Source: Myxococcota bacterium
GTDB taxonomy: Bacteria > Myxococcota > XYA12-FULL-58-9 > JALHOP01
Assembly (NCBI GenBank): GCA_041288095.1
Contig: JBGGMJ010000075.1
Span: 1 to 52,090 of the forward strand
Length of the DNA stretch: 52,090 nucleotides
Direction of reading: 5' to 3'
Part shown: piece by piece, positions 47,618 through 52,090 of the stretch
Layout of the letters: each line of letters begins with the position of its first letter
Position numbering within the stretch: the stretch's first letter is position 1
The notes under the pieces: generated by a model
The model's database searches: none
What the model saw: the letters and a program-made list of their open reading frames with translations, nothing else
Told to the model about the DNA's origin: nothing
Program-made: the position numbers and the translations under genes

Positions 47618-50600
47618 CTAGAGGTTGCGCCGGTACTCGCCGCCGACAGCGTAGAGCGCATTGGTGATCTGACCCAGGCTGCAATGCTCGGTGGCGTCGA
47701 TGAGCGCTTCGAAGAGATTGCCATCTTTTCTGGCCACCTCCTTGAGCTTCTCGAGGGCTTTCGGCGCCGCGTCCTTGTGCTCGCCCTGGAAGGCTTCGAG
47801 ACGACCGATGGCGGCCTTCTTCTCCTCGGCCGAAGCGCGCGAGAGCTGAACGTCCCGCGGGATGGCGGCGGCGTTTTGATTCCTCGGTAAGAACGTGTTG
47901 ACACCGATGATCGGCAGCTCTCCCGAGTGCTTGAGCATCTCGTACTTCATCGAATCGTCTTGGATCTGGCCGCGCTGATATTGACGCTCCATGGCGCCGA
48001 GGACGCCACCGCGCTCGGTGAGTCTGTCGAACTCCGCTAAAACGGCCTCTTCGACGAGGTCCGTGAGCTCTTCGACGATGAACGAGCCTTGGCTCGCGTT
48101 CTCGCAGTTCACCAGGCCGAACTCTTTGTTGATGATGAGCTGAATCGCCATGGCGCGGCGCACGCTCTGCTCGGTAGGCGTCGTAATCGCCTCGTCGTAG
48201 GCGTTGGTGTGCAGCGACTGCGCGTTGTCGAAGGTCGCGAGCAGCGCCTGCAGCGTGGTGCGCACGTCGTTGAACTCGATCTCCATGGCGTGCAACGACC
48301 GGCCGCTCGTCTGGATGTGATACTTCAACATCTGCGAGCGCGCGTCGGCGCCATAGAGGCGCTTCATCGCCACCGCCCAGATGCGCCGAGCGACGCGGCC
48401 GATGACCGTGTACTCGGGGTCCATGCCGTTCGAGAAGAAGAACGACAGATTGGGCGCGAAAGCGGACACGTCCATGCCGCGCGAGCGGTAATACTCTACG
48501 TAGGTGAAACCGTTGGCCAGCGTATAAGCGAGCTGGTGGATCGGGTTCGCCCCTGCTTCGGCGATGTGGTAGCCGCTGATCGAGACCGAGTAGAAGTTCC
48601 GCACTTGCTGGTCGATGAAGTACTGCTGGACGTCGCCCATCGCCTTGAGCGCGAACTCGGTCGAGAAGATGCAGGTGTTCTGGCCCTGGTCTTCCTTCAG
48701 AATGTCCGCTTGAACGGTGCCGCGGACTTGGCGGAGCGTCTGCGCCTTGAGCCGCGCGAATTCGTCGTCCGCGAGCAGCTTGCGGACCTCCGGCCATGAC
48801 GATCCGCGAAGGCGATCGTGTTGGAGGTCTTGCTCGGGCGTGATCTTCAGGCGGCCTTGCGTGCGCAACCAACGGCGGCACTGCTGGCGGATCGCCGTGT
48901 TGATGAAGAAGGCGAGCACCGTAGGCGCCGGACCGTTGATGGTCATCGAGACGCTGGTGGTGGGATCGCAGAGATCGAAGCCGGCGTAGAGTTGCTCGGC
49001 CTCCTCGGCGGTCGATACGGAGACGCCGCTCTCGCCAATCTTGCCGTAGATGTCGGCGCGCTCGCCGGGATCCTCGCCATAGAGGGTGATCGAGTCGAAC
49101 GCGGTGGAGAGGCGCTTCGCCGGCTGACCGTCGGCGAGGTAATGGAAACGCTTGTTGGTGCGATCGGCGCCGCCCTCGCCCGCGAACATGCGCGTGGGAT
49201 CCTCGGCCGTCCGCTTGAACGGAAACGTGCCCGACGTGTACGGGAACTCGCCGGGGACATTCTCGAGGAGCCGCCAATAAAGCCGGTCGCCGGCGCCGCG
49301 ATAGCGCGCGCGCGCGACCTTGCGCACCTTCAGGCCCGATAGCGACTCGCGATAGTTTTCGACCTCGACGGTCTTGCCGCGCACATCGTAGGAGAATTTC
49401 TCACCGTCGTAGCGCGCCGCCCACTGCGGCCACTCGTCGAGGATGGCCTTGGCCTCGGGGGCGAGACGCCCTTGCAACAGATCACGCTCGCGGATGAGAT
49501 CCAGGGAGGAGGGCTCACCGACGATGGCGGCGGCGCGGTTGATGGCGTAGACGTCGTCGGCCAGGTCGGCCTGATCGCGCGCCCATTGGCGATAGTCGCG
49601 GCAGGTGTCCGAGATCTCGGACAGGTAGCGCTCCCGACCCGCGGGGACGACGTGCGATTTGGGCGAGCTCTGGCGGGTAGCGCCGGCTTCGTAGCTCGAC
49701 ACGAGTGACGCGTCGTACTTGGCGTTCACCGCCTGCACGAGGTGCGCGTAGAGCGCGTTGACGCCGTCGTCGTTGAAGTGGGCGGCGCTGGTGCCGAAGA
49801 CCGGGAGCTTCTCGAGATCGATGCCGGGCTTGCCACGCGAGCGCGCGACCTGACGCCGGACGTCGCGCAGCGCATCGGCCGAGCCGCGCCGCGTGAACTT
49901 GTTGATGACCACGAAGTCGGCTTGGTCGAGCATATCGATCTTCTCGAGCTGCGACTGGGCTCCATATTCGGCGGTCATGACGTACATCGAGAGATCGGCG
50001 AGATCCGTTACAGCGGAGTCACCCTGGCCGATGCCGGCGGTCTCGACGAAGATGACGTCGAAGCTGCCTTCGCGCGCCATGAGCTGCAGCACCGCATGAG
50101 CGTGGGCGCTGATCTCGCTCCCCGAGCCACGGGTCGCCATCGAGCGCATGAAGACGCGCGGTGACTTCAGGGAGTTCATGCGGATGCGGTCCCCGAGCAG
50201 AGCGCCGCCGGTCTTTTTCTTGGTGGGATCGATACACAATACGCCGACGCGGGTCTTCGGACCGTCGGCGATGAACCGGCGCACCAGCTCGTCGGTAAGC
50301 GAGCTCTTGCCCGCGCCGCCGGTGCCGGTGAGGCCAATGATGGGAACGCGCTTTGCCGGCTCTTTGCTCTTGTTGGGATCGAGCTGACCCGCTTCGACCA
50401 TCGAGATGCGACGCGCGAGCGGCATCCAGCCTTGGCCTTCGAGCGCCTTGTCGGCGGCGAAGTCGCAGCCCTTGATGACCTCGTCGATCATCCCCTGCAG
50501 ACCCATGTTGCGGCCGTCTTCGGGCGAGAAGACGCGATCGATGCCGCGCTTGTGCAGCTCCTCGATTTCGCTCGCCACGATGACGCCGCCACCACCGCCG

Positions 50601-50893
50601 TAGATGCGGGTGTGCTTGGCGCCCAGGGCATCCAGGCGCTCGCGGAGGTACGTGAAGTACTCCATGTGGCCGCCCTGGTAGCTGGTGAGGGCAATACCCT
50701 GCGCATCCTCTTGGACGGCGGCGTTCGCGACTTCTTCCACGGCGCGGTTGTGGCCCAGGTGGATGACCTCGGCGCCGGAGGCCTGCATGATTCGCCGCAT
50801 GACGTTGATGGCGGCGTCGTGACCGTCGAAGAGAGCGGCGGCGCTGACGATCCGCACGGCGTGTTTGGGGCGATAGTGTTGCGGCTCTGTCAT
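47618..50893 (-). CDS. icmF: Fused isobutyryl-CoA mutase/GTPase IcmF
   Basis: B12-binding FDGHD domain, GTGGAGKSS G-protein domain, and mutase RMFAGEG...RLSTAFD...GTVQADILKE. Confidence 0.95.
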   Translation of the reverse strand: MTEPQHYRPKHAVRIVSAAALFDGHDAAINVMRRIMQASGAEVIHLGHNRAVEEVANAAVQEDAQGIALTSYQGGHMEYFTYLRERLDALGAKHTRIYGGGGGVIVASEIEELHKRGIDRVFSPEDGRNMGLQGMIDEVIKGCDFAADKALEGQGWMPLARRISMVEAGQLDPNKSKEPAKRVPIIGLTGTGGAGKSSLTDELVRRFIADGPKTRVGVLCIDPTKKKTGGALLGDRIRMNSLKSPRVFMRSMATRGSGSEISAHAHAVLQLMAREGSFDVIFVETAGIGQGDSAVTDLADLSMYVMTAEYGAQSQLEKIDMLDQADFVVINKFTRRGSADALRDVRRQVARSRGKPGIDLEKLPVFGTSAAHFNDDGVNALYAHLVQAVNAKYDASLVSSYEAGATRQSSPKSHVVPAGRERYLSEISDTCRDYRQWARDQADLADDVYAINRAAAIVGEPSSLDLIRERDLLQGRLAPEAKAILDEWPQWAARYDGEKFSYDVRGKTVEVENYRESLSGLKVRKVARARYRGAGDRLYWRLLENVPGEFPYTSGTFPFKRTAEDPTRMFAGEGGADRTNKRFHYLADGQPAKRLSTAFDSITLYGEDPGERADIYGKIGESGVSVSTAEEAEQLYAGFDLCDPTTSVSMTINGPAPTVLAFFINTAIRQQCRRWLRTQGRLKITPEQDLQHDRLRGSSWPEVRKLLADDEFARLKAQTLRQVRGTVQADILKEDQGQNTCIFSTEFALKAMGDVQQYFIDQQVRNFYSVSISGYHIAEAGANPIHQLAYTLANGFTYVEYYRSRGMDVSAFAPNLSFFFSNGMDPEYTVIGRVARRIWAVAMKRLYGADARSQMLKYHIQTSGRSLHAMEIEFNDVRTTLQALLATFDNAQSLHTNAYDEAITTPTEQSVRRAMAIQLIINKEFGLVNCENASQGSFIVEELTDLVEEAVLAEFDRLTERGGVLGAMERQYQRGQIQDDSMKYEMLKHSGELPIIGVNTFLPRNQNAAAIPRDVQLSRASAEEKKAAIGRLEAFQGEHKDAAPKALEKLKEVARKDGNLFEALIDATEHCSLGQITNALYAVGGEYRRNL

Positions 50894-50985
50894 CGTGCCG
50901 TAACGTCTAGCAGCAACAACGCGGGCTTGACGAGACCGCCGCGATCCCATTGCGGTCCGCGAAAACCATGGTTAAAACACTGCCT

Positions 50986-51357
50986 ATGCCGCGTCACATC
51001 ATTGCTTCCGCTGTGTTCGCCGTCGCGTCGCTGACCGCTTGCGCAACCCCGAGCGCCAACCGTCACTTCGACAACAGCGCCTTCGTCCGCCCGCACGCCG
51101 ACGCCGGCCTCAGTCACGAAGAACAAGAGTGGCTCGCCCTCGGCCGACCCGAGGACCAGTTGAACGTCGACCACCTCGGCCTCGGCGAGCCGACCGCCGC
51201 CGCCATCATCCAAGACGACCTCGACTTCGGACCGCGCGCCCCGGGCATCAACGACCACGCGACCAACATGAGCCAGCAGACGATCGGTAACTGCGCTCGC
51301 CAGGGGTTCGATTGCACGGTAGCCGACGACGACTTGTTGGATTGGTTCACCAACTAG
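50986..51357 (+). CDS. Hypothetical lipoprotein
   Basis: Lipobox LTAC; motif GLSHEEQEWLALGRPED. Confidence 0.65.
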   Translation: MPRHIIASAVFAVASLTACATPSANRHFDNSAFVRPHADAGLSHEEQEWLALGRPEDQLNVDHLGLGEPTAAAIIQDDLDFGPRAPGINDHATNMSQQTIGNCARQGFDCTVADDDLLDWFTN

Positions 51358-51390
51358 CACGCGGGCCAAACTGACCGGATTTCCGGGATC

Positions 51391-51416
51391 TAGGCAGTGT
51401 AAACCACACCTGCCTA
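51391..51416. other. Intergenic inverted repeat TAGGCAG-TGT...ACA-C-CTGCCTA (possible terminator or binding site)
   Basis: 7-bp perfect arms extended by 3 bp after a bulge; no clear U-tract. Confidence 0.35.
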
Positions 51417-51472
51417 CATGACACTACGTTTTAGCCTTTACAACGCAGTGCGACAGGCGTACCCGCGCCCCA

Positions 51473-51730
51473 ATGAAAGCGTTGAGTGTAGTGTTTGCAT
51501 TGGGCTGCCTCGTCACCGCGTCATGTGCCTCGACGTCTCCGGCCATGACTGCAGCCCCGTCCCCCAATGGCCTTGCTGCTGAAGAGCGCGAATGGCTCCA
51601 TCTTGCTCACCCAAGTGATGCAAGCGGGACCCGTTCTCAGCGTCGTGAAGTGACCCGCGAGCAGCGTAGGAACACTGGTATCAATTTGACCGGCCCCGGT
51701 GGGGCCAGTCTCGTAACCAAGGGTAAGTAA
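51473..51730 (+). CDS. Small hypothetical lipoprotein, paralog of 50986-51357
   Basis: Signal plus TASC; motif GLAAEEREWLHLAHPSD. Confidence 0.6.
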   Translation: MKALSVVFALGCLVTASCASTSPAMTAAPSPNGLAAEEREWLHLAHPSDASGTRSQRREVTREQRRNTGINLTGPGGASLVTKGK

Positions 51731-51839
51731 CCCACCCTGACGTAGCGTGGCGAGCGGTGACCGCGTCTCCTCGTGAGCGCCCAACACAACCGCTCGACCA
51801 CGCTAGACGTCGATCCCGCCTTTCACGTAGCGTTGCGTC

Positions 51840-52090
51840 ATGCAGCGCGTGCGCCAGCTCATCCGCGACGTCCCGAATTTTCCCGAGCCGGGCATCATGT
51901 TCCGCGACATCACGCCCGTCCTCGAAGACGGACAAGCGTTCGCGCAGGTCATCGATACCTTGGCGCAGCGTTACGTCGGCCAGCACCTCACCAAGATCGT
52001 CGGCATCGAGAGCCGAGGCTTCATCTTCGCGGCCGCTTTAGCGTACAGGCTCGGGTGCGGGCTCGTCATCGTGCGCAAGCCGGGGAAGCT
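51840..52090 (+). CDS. apt: Adenine phosphoribosyltransferase, 3'-truncated by window edge
   Basis: Own translation (absent from the ORF track): MQRVRQLIRDVPNFPEPGIMFRDITP...GIESRGFIF...VRKPGK. Confidence 0.95.
   Translation, partial: MQRVRQLIRDVPNFPEPGIMFRDITPVLEDGQAFAQVIDTLAQRYVGQHLTKIVGIESRGFIFAAALAYRLGCGLVIVRKPGK

Noticed and set aside
47478-49277. 599-aa minus-strand alternative-frame ORF
   Set aside because: Out-of-frame shadow within icmF with Arg-rich nonsense composition.
51757-52041. 94-aa plus-strand ORF in the track
   Set aside because: Wrong frame; the real gene is apt, starting at 51840 and running off the window.

Overview
High-GC bacterial chromosome segment, most consistent with Myxococcota: three Hanks-type Ser/Thr kinases, an FHA-sigma54 activator, a MYXO-CTERM-like C-terminus and many lipoproteins. 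It holds about 48 CDS. Housekeeping genes are proB, proA, sthA, icmF, apt and a Dus enzyme; the rest are accessory. No rRNA, tRNA, CRISPR array or mobile element was recognised. Main points: (1) a recurring sigma28/FliA-like promoter (approx. GCA[A/C]C-N16/17-CGA[TA]) upstream of six scattered genes without signal peptides. These include a His/Cys-dyad protease-like giant, a harpin/translocator-like Q/N-rich protein, a CoA-transferase with an extra N-terminal domain and three orphans, suggesting a co-regulated secreted-effector regulon. (2) A translationally coupled pair of Tat-signal enzymes: a ThDP enzyme with a remodelled active site and a circularly permuted D-amino-acid oxidase. (3) A BpsA-like polyamine synthase fused to a degenerate AdoMetDC-like domain. 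(4) A YeeE/YedE-type protein reading in frame into a repeat lipoprotein. (5) A Cys-to-Ser Ntn hydrolase. (6) Two paralog pairs, one sharing an upstream motif and one a peptide motif. All family calls come from motif recognition by eye; no database search was run.
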